Assembly (NCBI RefSeq): GCF_006345805.1
Contig: NW_021836590.1
Span: 1 to 36,078, forward strand
Direction of reading: 5' to 3'
Length of the DNA stretch: 36,078 nt
Origin: Octopus sinensis
Taxonomy: Eukaryota
Shown here: one piece after another, positions 11,376 through 23,669 of the stretch
Layout of the letters: every line of letters begins with the position of its first letter
Position numbering within the stretch: the stretch's first letter is position 1
Position numbers and translations under genes: made by a program
The notes under the pieces: model-generated
What the model was told of the DNA's origin: nothing
Seen by the model: only the letters and a program-made list of their open reading frames with translations
Database searches by the model: none

Positions 11376-11594
11376 CGAGGTGGGTTGCTGAAAAGTTTCT
11401 GGCGTTGGGAAAAACAAAATACATGAGGGTCAGTTAATTACGATTTTGTTCAACATATTCTCCTCTCTGATTCAAACACTTATTGCATCGGTCCTTTCGT
11501 TTTTCTAGACCCTGTAAAAGAAGGCGGAAGTTTGGACCTCCAACCAGGTCTTTCGCAACACCCTTAAAGCCAGGAATTTTTCAGTACCCCCTCG
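11376..11594. mobile_element. Mariner-type MITE
   Basis: TIRs cgaggtgggttgctgaaaagtttctggc / gccaggaatttttcagtaccccctcg; an inverted partial copy follows at 11632-11686. Confidence 0.8.
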
Positions 11595-11892
11595 TGTGTG
11601 TGTGTACATACACACACACACACGCACACAAGAGGGTGCTGAAAAGTTCTTGGCTTTAAGAGTGTTGCGAAAGGCCTGGTTGGAGGCCTAAGCTCAGTTC
11701 CTCTTCAGCGAGTCTTATTGACAGCCAGTCAAAACACGCTAAAGGGGATCTAAGGGTATTTCTCAAAGTTCGAAATCACGGTGATACAGATATGCCTGAC
11801 TTTTCGATTTTAGATTATTTTCGTTATTGGTACGGGGTTCTTTGGGTTTTTATTCATTTTCCCGCTTTCACCTTTGTGTTTAAGTGAAAGAC

Positions 11893-11931
11893 CTCTATCT
11901 ATCTATCTATCTATTTATCTATCTCTGTCTG

Positions 11932-11999
<68 letters not shown>

Positions 12000-12409
12000 C
12001 CTATCTATCTATCTACCTGTCTGTCTATCTGTCTATCTATCTATATATATACCAATCTAACTGTCTCTCTATTTGTCTATCTATCTATATATGTATCTAT
12101 CTATCTATTTATCTATCAATCTGTCTGTCTGTCTGTCTATCTATTTATCTATCTATCTGACTGTCTATCTATCTAATCTGTCTATCTATCTGTCTCTCTA
12201 TCTGTCTACCTATCTATCTATCTATCTATTTATCTATCAATCTGTCTGTCTGTCTGTCTATCTATTTATCTATCTATCTGACTGTCTATCTATCTAATCT
12301 GTCTATCTATCTGTCTCTATCTGTCTACCTATCTATCTATCTATCTCTATTTGTCTATCTATCAGTCTATTTATCTATCTATCTGTCTCTCTATTTGTCT
12401 ATCTATCTG

Positions 12410-12448
<39 letters not shown>

Positions 12449-12520
12449 CTATTTGTCTATCTATCAGTCTATTTATCTATCTATCTCTCTCTCTATTTGT
12501 CTATCTATCTGCCTATCTAT
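11893..12520. repeat. (CTAT)n/(CTGT)n microsatellite with higher-order duplications
   Basis: Direct reading. Confidence 0.97.
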
Positions 12521-12912
12521 ACTTCCGTTAATAAAGAGGTTATGTGCCACAGGATGGCAGGTCTGATGTTTCCCCTATATTGCTAAGTGCAATAAGAGAC
12601 GTGAAAGCAATGACAACTTTCTGGCCGACCATAACCAACGACTTCATTAAATGCAACCTATGTATATAAGAAAATATTTATATATCCATATACATTTACG
12701 TATGAAGTAACATTATGTTTTATAGACTCTTTATTTACATATATCCAATTTACATACTCCCACTTCATCCTACTTTTCTCTCTGACCACACAATCTGTTT
12801 TCAGATTTTATCTTACATTTTATGTACTCTTGTCTCACTAGATATTCCGGTGCCTCTCTCCTTTCTTTATGACTTATGTAGCGTCTAAATTTCATTCTTT
12901 ATTTCGTTTTAG

Positions 12913-12963
<51 letters not shown>

Positions 12964-13105
12964 ATTTATTTATTTATTTATTTCTGTCTCCCTCCCTCTC
13001 CCAACCTCACTTTTTATCCTTTCTTTCTGACGTAGATTTACTTTGAAAACATTTCTTATAACCAGGACTCCCACCACACATACACGCCGTTCGAAAAATA
13101 AATAT

Positions 13106-13107
<2 letters not shown>

Positions 13108-13144
<37 letters not shown>

Positions 13145-13155
13145 TATATACATGC

Positions 13156-13192
<37 letters not shown>

Positions 13193-13273
13193 GTGAGTGT
13201 GAGTGTGCGTGTGTATGTATGTATGTATGTATGTATATATATGTGTGTGTATATATATATGTATATATATATG

Positions 13274-13307
<34 letters not shown>

Positions 13308-13798
13308 ATATATATCTATATATGTGTGTGTGTGTGTGTGTGTGTTGTGTATGTATATGTATGTATGTATATATATATATAACATCTACGTCTGCTTCGT
13401 GTTTCTCGCTTTAATTGACAAACAAATTCAATCAACGTATTGATTCAAACTCATTGTAAACGCGGACCTTGTAACTCTTCATCACATTTTGTTAAAAATG
13501 TATATCCGATGTCAACGTATAGATTTCACCAAGAAATGTTTTAAGTGTTGTCTTACTTATTTTATATAATATAAGTTTTACATCCATTACAAACATTACA
13601 GTTATTTGGTTTGTTTAAAAACAAAGATGAAATCAATAGCAACGCTTCTTCTACGTTTACCTATTCTTGTGTTCGTTACAAACATTGTAACCAACCGAAC
13701 AGCGATACACACATACACACATACACAAATACACACAAATACTTACATATACACACATACATACATACATACATACATACATACATACATACATACAT

Positions 13799-13835
<37 letters not shown>

Positions 13836-13897
13836 TACATACATACATACATACATACATACATACATACATACATACATACATACATACATACATA
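13108..13897. repeat. (TA)/(TG) tract 13108-13380 and (CATA)n tract 13705-13897
   Basis: Direct reading. Confidence 0.9.
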
Positions 13898-13945
13898 CTT
13901 ATGCAAATATTAGTGTGTTTGAAAGTTTTTTATGGAGACGATAAA

Positions 13946-14263
13946 GGCGGCGAGCTGACAGAAACGTTAGCACGCCGGGCGAAATGCGTAGCCGTATTTC
14001 ATCTACCGCTACGTTCTGAGTTCAAATTCCGCCGAGGTCTACTTTGCCTTTCATCCTTTCGGGGTCGATTAAATAAGTACCAGTTACGCACTGGGGTCGA
14101 TATAATCGGCTTAATCCGTTTGTCTGTCTTTGTTTGTCTCCTCTGTGTTTAGCCCCTTGTGGGTAGTAAAGAAATAGGTATTGGTATTTCGTCAGCCGTT
14201 ACGTTCTGAGTTCAAATTCCGCCGAGGTCGACTCTGCCTTTCATCCTTTCGGGGTCGATAAAT
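13946..14263 (+). mobile_element. SINE family B with partial second unit
   Basis: Restarts at gtatttcgtc...acgttctgagttcaaattcc near 14185. Confidence 0.9.
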
Positions 14264-14269
14264 TGGTAA

Positions 14270-14418
14270 AAGTTACGGTTGAAGAGCTATTTTTACCACT
14301 ATCCGGGGTGCCCCGGGAAAAATAAGTTGACAAAAGCACACCCATTATGGTGACCAATGTCCTCCTAAAATTGGAGCGACATGAGTGCTAATTTGTGAAC
14401 GTGCATTAAGTACATTCA

Positions 14419-14465
<47 letters not shown>

Positions 14466-14488
14466 CCTGCCTTTTATAGATATAGATT
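14270..14488 (-). mobile_element. Possible non-autonomous Helitron-like 5' end
   Basis: Minus strand begins atctatatctataaaaggcaggatatgtgtgtg, a TC-start plus microsatellite layout typical of small Helitrons; no 3' CTAG end identified. Confidence 0.4.
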
Positions 14489-14628
14489 ATGCACACGATT
14501 ATGCAGAATCGAAAGAACACCAGACAAAATTCCTTGCAATGTTTGTTCTAGCCATTAGTAACAAGTTACTAGAGGCTAATGTTAACCTTTGCATTCGATT
14601 ACATATGCGAAACTTGTAAAACTTCATG

Positions 14629-15027
14629 AGGCGTAGCTGTGTGGCAAGAAGCTTGCCTCCCAACCACATGGTTCCGGGTTCAGTCCCACTGCGTAGCACC
14701 TTTGGCTACTGTCTTCTACAATAGCCTCGAGGCGACCAAATCCCGTGAGTGATTTTGGTAGACAGAAAAATGAAAGAAGACTGTCGCGCGCGCGCGCGTG
14801 TGTGTGTGTGTGTGTTTTTGTCTGTTTGTTCCCCATCAGCGCTTGACAACCGATGCTGGTGTGTTTACGTCCCCGTAACGTAGCGGTTCGGCAAGAAGAG
14901 ACCGATATAATAAGTATAAAGCTTTAAAAATAAGTTCTGGGGGTCGATTTGTTCGGTTACAGCCCTTCAAGGCGGTGCTCCAGTATGGCCGCAGTCAAAT
15001 GACTGAAACAAGTAAAAGACTGAAAGA
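14629..15027 (+). mobile_element. SINE family A
   Basis: Diverged full-length copy. Confidence 0.88.
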
Positions 15028-15242
15028 AGTCCAACTGTTATAGTCACCACCCTAAAAGTATAACAATCTCCTGTCGGCGCTACGCCACTCGTCATTAAGT
15101 AAAACCAGACAGAAACCTGTCGCGAGGGTTACCAAGGGACTCGCTCGAATCTTCGGTTAAAGTGTCCATTTGAAATATATATCGGTCTTCCATATCCTCC
15201 GACTTGTTCTGGGAAGTATAAGGGTGGGAGCACGCAGGATGC

Positions 15243-16164
15243 TGTTTGTTTGAAGCAGTGAAGTTTCCAAATCCACCGCCAATGTTTCTAGACTTTCGTA
15301 GTCATATCTTCAGGATGAATTGCTGTTGGCGCATGTTTCTCTTTTATAATAAGCACAGTTATTATGATTATTACATACATCATTACTTGCATTGGAATTT
15401 TTCCCATTAGACGTGTACGGCATGAGATATGTGTTCATTTTTTTGTGATTATTGTATGTTGTTGTCTGTCTACTTATTTTAAGCCTATCGTTTGCTAACA
15501 ATATTGTTTCCATTGTTGATCCTTTAGTTTTGAGTACAGATGTATTGTCCACAAACGTTTTTCTGTCCCTACATCCATCTACAAGGGTCCAAAAGGAAAC
15601 AGCTGCTAGTGACTAGGGATTGGAAAGTGTATAGGAACCTTTGGAGGGGGCGCCTAAGGACCCTCTAAGAAATTGTAGGCGGAGATGGCTGGCTGGCTGG
15701 ATGGATGGATGAATGGATGAATGGATGGATGGATGGATGGATGAATGGAAGGATGGATGGAAGGATGGATGGATGGATGGATGGATGGATGGATGGATGG
15801 ATGGATGGATGATGGATGGATATGAAAACGTTAGTGGACAATACATCTGTACCTTACAGAATTCCAAACAAAACTAGATGATCAAAGATGGAAACAATAT
15901 TGTTAGCAAGGTATAAAGTTAAAATAGATACACAGACAACAACATACACTAGTCACTAAAAGAAAAAGAACACATAGCTGATCCATTACACATCTATCGG
16001 GCAAAGCTCCATCGCCAGTAATGGTGTTTATAATAATCACATTGGCCGGGTTTATTATAAAAGAGAAACATACACCAACATCACTTCATTCTGAAGATAT
16101 GACTACGAAAGTCTAGAAACATTGGTGATGGATTTGGAAGCTTTACTGTTTCCAACAAACAACC
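15243..16164. mobile_element. Old, diverged inverted repeat (arms 15243-15562 and 15824-16164) with outward-facing hammerhead-like motifs and a (GGAT)n spacer
   Basis: caatgtttctagactttcgtagtcatatcttcag vs ctgaagatatgactacgaaagtctagaaacattg is exact, while the rest of the arms is visibly diverged. Confidence 0.8.
16085..16132 (+). ncRNA. Hammerhead-like motif (mirror copy on minus strand at 15272-15319)
   Basis: ttcatt CTGAAGA tat-gact-acgaa-agtc-ta GAAA cattggt gatgga; stems I and II present, cleavage triplet non-canonical. Confidence 0.5.
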
Positions 16165-16359
16165 AATTTCACTTTTTAAGATTCGATATACTGCCATTGT
16201 TTGTCATTAACAAGTTTATATACAAGTGGGATATGATAAATACCGTTAGATAATATTAACACTCAGAACCATTAGATAATCGATCGGTATAATACTTAGT
16301 AGTCGAGCGTTTCATAGTTGATATCATATGTGGATATACGTATGTTTGCATGAGCAAGC

Positions 16360-16457
16360 GTATATATATATAAATATAATATATATATACATCATATGAT
16401 ACTTTCAATAATTTATATATATATATATATTATATAGATATCCATATATATAATACA

Positions 16458-16490
<33 letters not shown>

Positions 16491-16598
16491 GATATATAAC
16501 TACATATACCTACTATATATATATATATATTATATATATATATATATATACATACATATACATCATATATATATTATATATATACATATACATACATA

Positions 16599-16629
<31 letters not shown>

Positions 16630-16653
16630 CTATTTATATATATATACATATAT

Positions 16654-16705
<52 letters not shown>

Positions 16706-16757
16706 ATATATATATATATAATATATATATATATATTATCTATATATATATATATAA
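16360..16757. repeat. Degenerate (TA)n tract
   Basis: Direct reading. Confidence 0.95.
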
Positions 16758-16904
16758 ATGGACTGATGAGCGCTGTTTCATATGCGTCTTACACATACAA
16801 ACGTGCGTGCGCAAAAACACACTCACACGAATATGTGTGTGTATTGAGGAGGAAAGGTTGAATGCATGTATGTGTGTAAGACGGGTTTTTATAACGACTA
16901 AGCG

Positions 16905-17195
16905 GATGAATGGCGGCTTGTTTTATTGTTTATTGGTTGAGGTTTTTCGCAGCTGAAGAAACATCTTGAATATACGAAGAAATCTTCCGATATTTTAAAG
17001 TTGATCCGATTCTCTGATCAATTATTTACCGAAAAGTAGCCTACCTCCACTCCTGCTTTTTCTAGTAACAAAAGTATTTCAACAATGTTCCGGATTGTAG
17101 CATTTCTACCATTAATATGGCGAAAAAACATGGCGTGGTGACGGTGGCAGACGGAGAGTAGCATACCATAAAAAAAAAGACAAAATGGCGACAAA
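16905..17195 (+). promoter_or_regulatory. Cluster of YY1-like motifs (AANATGGCG); possible promoter/5'UTR
   Basis: gaatggcggc (~16908), aatatggcg (~17114), aacatggcg (~17127), aaaatggcg (~17182) in unique, CpG-richer sequence. Confidence 0.3.
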
Positions 17196-17427
17196 GAGTA
17201 GCGTTTAACGCATATTGATTCAAGTTGAAACCACTACAAAGACAGAGACAGTGGCTAATAAACATGTAGTTATGTTCATATTAGAAGCTTAACTAGCTGT
17301 AAAATTGTTATATATATATAGATTTGATATATATCTATAGATTCGATATATATATATATATATATATCTATATATATATATATATATATATTAGATTCGA
17401 TATATATATCTATAGATTCGATTATAT

Positions 17428-17462
<35 letters not shown>

Positions 17463-17763
17463 ATATACAGAATCTATATTTGAATCTCTCAATCTATTTG
17501 TTTGTCAGCCATTCTGTCTAGCTATCCATATCTACTTAACCATTTGTTTAGCAACATACCTAACTTTCTATATTTATCTATCGACTTATTTATCTGTCTG
17601 CCTATCTATTATGTGTTTGTATATACTTTAATATGTAAAATGCAAAGTTAACCAAAGAAAAATACGAAACAATATGAAAAGGTTTATTTTCACTTTGATT
17701 TTTCTGTTCAGTAACTGTATGCACGTGCGCCACGAAGATATATATAATATATATATATATATT

Positions 17764-17812
<49 letters not shown>

Positions 17813-18000
17813 CATTATATAAAAGGGCTTAGTAAATAAATTACTTTGCCACATACTGAAACTCATTAGAAAATCAGCAGCTAAAAAAATTTTAAACTAT
17901 TTCTAATACTTAAAGAAATCTCTCTCTATATAGTGTTTGCTCAAGTCACTCACGAAAGATGAAGGTAAAAACATTAAAACATCACAAATGCAAAGGTTAT

Positions 18001-18051
18001 TTGAACGTACGTTTTCTAGATAGTCAAATCGACATTTCTTTCGTCAGCTCA
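18001..18051 (-). ncRNA. Minimal type I hammerhead ribozyme (inverted-arm copy)
   Basis: tgag CTGACGA aagaaatgtcgatttgactatcta GAAAA c-gtac-g TT caa. Confidence 0.7.
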
Positions 18052-18475
18052 GAATTCCTTGGTTCGGATTTGGGAAACTGAAAGCGGGAGCATACCTTTT
18101 AGCTTCTATCACTTCTGAAGATCTGCTCGTACTATCAGTGGTTAGCAAATTCAAAATATGCAAGCGAAGAATTTCTTTACATACTGAATACTTTACATAC
18201 TGAATACTTGGTAAAATTGATTAATAATTAATTAATTTTACCCTCAATTGTTGAAATTATAATTTATTTCTCTCTATTTAATGCTTCGGTCTTTACCGAT
18301 AAAACAAAGTGTTTACTAATTTTAACCCACGCTGGTGGAAAGGGGAGAGCAGAATTCTTCGCTTGCTATTTTGAATTTGCTAACACTGATAGTCCGAGCA
18401 GATCTTCAGAAGTGATAGGAAGCTAAAAGGGTATGCTCCCGCTTTCAGTGTTCCCAAATCCGAACCAAGGAATTC

Positions 18476-18526
18476 TGAGCTGACGAAAGAAATGTCGATT
18501 TGACTAATCTAGAACGTACGTTCTCA
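18476..18526 (+). ncRNA. Minimal type I hammerhead ribozyme
   Basis: tgag CTGACGA a-aga-aat-gtc-gattt-gac-taa-tct-a GAA c-gtac-g TT ctca. Stem I tgag/ctca; palindromic GUAC loop; GAA here and GAAAA in the mirror copy suggest consensus GAAA. Confidence 0.78.
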
Positions 18527-18804
18527 ATAACCTTTGCATTTGTGATGTTTTAAAATGTTTTTACCCTCATACTTCGTGAGTTGACTTGAGCACACTATAT
18601 GAGAGAGATTTTCTTTAAGTATTAGAAATAGTTTAAAAAAATTTTTTAGCTGCTATTTCTAATGAGTTCAGTATGTGGCAAAGTAATTTTTTTACTAAGC
18701 CCTTTTATATAATGTAATAATTTGAATCGCCTTAAATGGTCCCTTTACTACTGAATACTTGGTAAAATTGATTAATAATTAATTTAATTTTACCCTCAAT
18801 TGTT

Positions 18805-18857
<53 letters not shown>

Positions 18858-19234
18858 TATATTTAAGTTTAAAGCGATCACCGCGCAATGACTAAAGAAA
18901 ATACTAATAATGGAGCTTATAAGCCCTCGACAGAAAAAAGTAGCTTTTTCCCGTACGCGTGCTACACGAACCCAAACTTCCTTGTTTACGCGACCAACAA
19001 TGCTACCGATTACACTGACGCACAAACCTGCTGGTCCTTGTCAATTTTAAGAACTATAATTAGTTCGTAGTTGTTTTTGTAAACAAACTTTCATGTGCTT
19101 TCACTGCGATGGTTTTGTTAAGCAGTGTCGATTTTTACAATTCTGTAAATAATAATAATAATAGTATTTTATAAGATTAAAGCTTATAGCGATCACTGTG
19201 CAATGACAGTGCAATCTGAGGACATGTACTGAGA

Positions 19235-19870
19235 GTGATAAAAATCAAACATCCAGTCAACATCATGGTGTTTGGAGTGATCATTAGTGATGACGACACT
19301 AGACCTCCATTCATCTTCCCACGCGGCTTCACATTCAACACAGAGACCTACAGAAGTGTCTGAAGAAAGTAGTGCTGCCTTGGGTCAAGAGAGTGGCTGC
19401 TGGAAGACCCTATGTCTGGCAACAGGACTCTGCACCATGCCACACAAGCAAGAGAACCCAGTCATGGCTGTCAGACAATTTCTGCGACCACATCACCCCT
19501 AACATCTGGCCACTTAATTCCCCAGATTGCAACCCCCTTGATTATTATCTGTGGTGCACATTTGATTGGGAGACCAACAAAACTCCTTGTAACATCAAAG
19601 ATGAACTGAAGGCAAGGATTATGGCAGCATTCACCATCTTAAAAGAGATTCGAACTTGAAACGTCAGATGAATATAGTGTTGCATGATATTCTGAAATCG
19701 TCTGGAGGTTATGGTTGAAGCCAATGGCTATTTTATTGAATAAATTTACTCTTTAGTATTTCAAGATATTTTTATGTAATTTTGGTAAATATACCTGTTA
19801 AAATGAGATGTCAGTGATATTTTCAATTTTCGTAATTTAGACGAGAATAATTCTCGTCTAAATTTACCTG
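19235..19870 (+). mobile_element. maT (DD37D) Tc1/mariner transposase 3' remnant with right end
   Basis: KHPVNIMVFGVI...YVWQQDSAPCHTSKRTQSWLSDNFCDHITPNIWPLNSPDCNPLDYY, with 37 residues between the 2nd and 3rd Asp; ends cctg-TA. Confidence 0.9.
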
Positions 19871-19916
<46 letters not shown>

Positions 19917-19968
19917 TATAGATATATGATATATATATATATATATATAGATATTTGATATAATATAA

Positions 19969-19999
<31 letters not shown>

Positions 20000-20032
20000 G
20001 ATATATATATATATAATATATATATATATTAT

Positions 20033-20325
20033 ATGATTCTTGTCGAAGATACGTCTCGCTTTTATCCTTCGAAACGTAGAGTAGATGAAACCTTAGCGAC
20101 TGAAGAAGGTTTTTTTTCGTTGTGTTAACTGTCCTGTACTCCATTTTTTTGTTGTTTTTAAAAAAATGTCCTGTTCCTTTGGTTTGTGTCTATGTTTTCG
20201 TTTCTCTATGTTTCGACGTCCCTTTGGTGTCCTGTACTCATATATGCGTGTATATGTACATGTAGAGGTAGGTACGTACATATATGTTTATATATATGCA
20301 TATGCTATATTTCTTTTATTAATAT
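20033..20325 (+). mobile_element. Insert between (TA)n and (GATA)n; possibly a truncated Penelope-like terminal repeat
   Basis: Only a 3' half-core cGAAAcGTAgag (~20070) is present; T-rich tail. Confidence 0.35.
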
Positions 20326-20386
20326 ATATATAGATAGATAGATAGATAGATAGATAGATTTAGAATAGATAGATAGATATAGATAG

Positions 20387-20423
<37 letters not shown>

Positions 20424-20535
20424 TTTAGATATAGATATAGATATATACATATACATGTGTATATATATGTATAGAGAGAGAGAGAGAGAGTGAGAGAGAT
20501 ACACACACACACAACAACCACACACACACACACAC

Positions 20536-20577
<42 letters not shown>

Positions 20578-20821
20578 ATATATATGTGTGTATGAATGTG
20601 CTTGTGTTTGTATGAATATGCGTATAAATATTCACAGACAAAAAAGTTGAAATATTCTTTGGCCGTCTTTGACGAAACCATATTAGTTTTAGAATAGAAG
20701 ACTTTCCGTTGGTTCAATATTTTTGTTTAGCTACTCCCAGCTAGATTAGTTAGTGTTTAGTACGAGAAATAATCTATAAAAACTCTCATTCGACATACTG
20801 GGGAGGAATAACGTGAAAAGC

Positions 20822-21984
20822 TGTCAGATAAACTCGTTCGTTTTAATTTTGTTTTGTTTTTTGTTTATTTTTATACCTGCCACTCCATTGTCTTATGTCT
20901 TAGAAGAGATTAAATTTATTAAAATTTCTGACACAGGCGTAGGGGTGACTGTGTGGTAAGTAGCTTGCTTGCGAACCACATGGTTCCGGGTTCAGTCCCA
21001 CTGCGTGGCACCTTGGGCAAGTGTCTTCTACTATAGCCTCGGGCCGACCAAAGCCTTGTGAGTGGATTTGGTAGACGGAAACTGAAAAAAGCCCGTTGTA
21101 TATATGTATATATATATATATATATGCGTGTGTGTGTGTATATGTTTGTGTGTCTGTGTTTATCCACCCAACAACGATTGACAACCGATGTTGATGTGTT
21201 TACGTCCCCGTCCCTTAGCGGTTCGGCAAGAGAGACCGATAGAATAAGTACTAGGCTTACAAAAGAATAAGTCCTGGGGTCGATTTGCTCGACTAAAGGT
21301 GGTGCTCCAGCATGGCCGCAGTCAAATGACTGAAACAAGTGAAAGAGTAAAAAAGAGTAAACAATAAACAAAAAGAAAAAGAAAGAACAGAGCTACAAAA
21401 AAATACATAAAATGCTGCGATAAAAATATTTTTCGTGTTAATTCAAATAATATTGGAAAGGATTAAGAAAGCATTAAAAAAAATAATAATAAAGAAACGA
21501 ATTTATCTGACAACCTGATATATAGAACTCAGTCAAAACTATTGAGCAGTTAGTTTTTGTTGGGTTTTTTTTCTTCCTACTTGGCACTCTCTCGTCATAT
21601 GCCTGGAACGAGTTAAGATTTATTCAAATATCGAACACGATAAACAAAGGTAGAAAAGGCTACGAAAAAAATTTTTGTATTAATTCAAACATTGAAAAGG
21701 ATTCAAGAACGAAAAAAAAGCGAACGAATTTATCTGATAACTCAATATAAAACCACTGGATTGTCAGATAAATTCGTTCGTTTATTTGTATGTCTGTACT
21801 CCATCATATGTCTGGAAAATGCTAAAACTTATTCAGATTTCAGAAATGATAAACATGTGTTGTACAGGAGGAAGAAAGCTGCAAAAAAAATCATAAAATA
21901 CTATGATAAAAATACTTTTCGTATTACTTCAAATGACATTGGAAGGGACTAAAATAAACAGAATAATTTGTCTGACAATCTGAT
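20822..21984. mobile_element. Three tandem diverged mariner-type MITE units
   Basis: TIR tgtcagataaattcgttcg / cgaatttatctgacaacctgaTA at 20822, 21498-21520, 21721-21741, 21761 and 21961-21984; homologous interiors; the first unit holds a SINE. Confidence 0.7.
20936..21360 (+). mobile_element. SINE family A nested in the MITE
   Basis: Full-length copy. Confidence 0.92.
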
Positions 21985-22088
21985 GATTAAGATTAACGCG
22001 GTTAAATTTATAATAGTGTGTTGAAGTGTTGTGATTGGTCAAAAGTTTGAACTGATTCAGCAATAGCGACGTACAGTCGATGAAAATA

Positions 22089-22655
22089 TTGGGTTGTCCG
22101 GAAAGTTCGTGCCGATTTTTAAAGGAAATAAAATGGTCAATAAATACTTGTCAATAGCATTTTAAATCAACCAAATATGAACCATTTTGTTGCACAATGC
22201 GTCTCCATCTTTCCTTTAACTTGAAAATACCCTCTTCCCAGAACTGAGGTGGTTTCATGGCAAAGAATTCATCAAGGTATCATTTTATGTCATTCAAGGA
22301 ATTCAAACTTTTACCATTAAGACTATTCTGCAGAGACCTGAATAAGTGGAAATCCAAAGGAGCAATATCTGGTGAATATGGAGGGTGAGGCAACACATCC
22401 CACCCGAGCTGCAGCAATTTTTGTCTAGTTCCCAAAGCATCAAGTGCCGAAAATGAATTTTCTTATCTTCCATTTTAAAGGGTTACAGAATTAACACAGG
22501 TTATAGGAACATAAACCTTCTTCCCCGAAAACATAGCTTAAACTGTGCTCTTAATGGAGGTGTAGTCAAATCCCATTTTATGGACTCAATCATGTTCTAA
22601 AATAAGTCAAAAGGTAAGCTACTATAAATCGGTACGAACTTTCCGGACAACCCAA
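22089..22655 (-). mobile_element. Internally deleted mariner
   Basis: TA-flanked TIRs ttgggttgtccggaaagttcgt; [33 protein letters not shown]...EEGIFKLKERWRRIVQQNGSY. Confidence 0.93.
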
Positions 22656-22834
22656 TATATGTAGAAGTGTTGGATTCGGGGGATGCCATTCGGGGGATGC
22701 CCTTACCATGTGGTTGGTAAGCAAACTACTTACGACACAGCCACTTAAAAAGAAGGTTAACAAAACCTTATATGGACCCCTAAGGGTTATATGGGCCCCA
22801 AGGGTCATATGGACCCCGATTGCAAACCACATGG

Positions 22835-23063
22835 CTTAGACGGTGAATGTGGCCAGCCAGGCAAAATCGGCGATCTGCTACAATCCTTTGCAGTAATTAT
22901 GAGCTCGTTCTTTTCAGTATCTTCTCATTTGTGGCCTGGTTTCGCCAGTTGTTCCTCGGGATCTTTTCGAGGCCCCGTTGATAGAATACAATTAGTTTTC
23001 TATCAGTCCTTACTGTGCTCTTCCAAGTGTTGCTGGCATAGTTCGCATTGTGTAATAAAATAG
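22835..23063 (-). mobile_element. RTE-clade LINE fragment (post-RT region)
   Basis: YASNTWKSTVRTDRKLIVFYQRGLEKIPRNNWRNQATNEKILKRTSS*LLQRIVADRRFCLAGHIHRL. Confidence 0.75.
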
Positions 23064-23669
23064 TTTGCCGAGATGGAAAAATTTAACGTTACGAGCAGAG
23101 TGACAAAAAGTTTCTGTCCGAAACGTTAGAGCTCTCCTCATACCAATGGTAGATTAGTGATCCGAAAATTAAGACATAAAGGGTTAAACGCCAACCAGAC
23201 ATAAATACGATACGCGTAAAAAAGCTATATTTTTGAATGACTACTAATTTGATTTTTCCAGCAAGAACAGGAGACAAATCTAAAAATGATTCGGTTCTAT
23301 TTTAACCTTACTAGAGAAGAATAACCTTCACAACACTTTACTGCTTGTACGAGTGATGAATCGCTAAGTAAATATACAAATAACGGCGTGGGAATATAGA
23401 AATCGGAATTATTTAAGAGAAGCGAGTCCAATCTATCAAACAGATATCTTTAAGGTTGAATGCGTAATCGCCCACTCATACATATTGAAAGACTCATTGA
23501 TGATAAGATATAGGATAGAAACGGCAGGTAGGTAAGAAAAGGAACACCATGATATCAGGTGAAGCAGGAGTTAATAACCAGTTTTTAGAAAGTTTCCCAG
23601 GGTCAAAGGTGCCCTTTACATGTTTATCATATTACAACGATAATAAGTTTCTATCTTCTTTTAACTTCT

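Larger units (their letters stand above)
17811..18807 (+). mobile_element. Hammerhead-bearing retrozyme/Penelope-like element 2
   Basis: Inverted arms 17811-18175 and 18351-18716; direct redundancy tgaatacttggtaaaattg... at 18201 and 18752 (551-nt period); (TA)n on both flanks; no coding capacity seen. Confidence 0.85.

Noticed and set aside
16762-16790. CTGATGA as a hammerhead core (also 20100, 21980, 23879, 28061)
   Set aside because: No properly placed GAAA, NUH or stem I partner.
761-16956. Many IYIY/YVCM/HTYI/LSIY ORFs
   Set aside because: Translations of dinucleotide and tetranucleotide microsatellites.
18865-19208. Direct repeats agcgatcacNgNgcaatgac flanking ORF 18888-19070
   Set aside because: Short and imperfect; the ORF has no recognisable domain and no element ends can be defined.
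22769-22818. ~19-bp tandem repeat atatggaccccNaaggg
   Set aside because: Only ~2.5 copies; no functional context.
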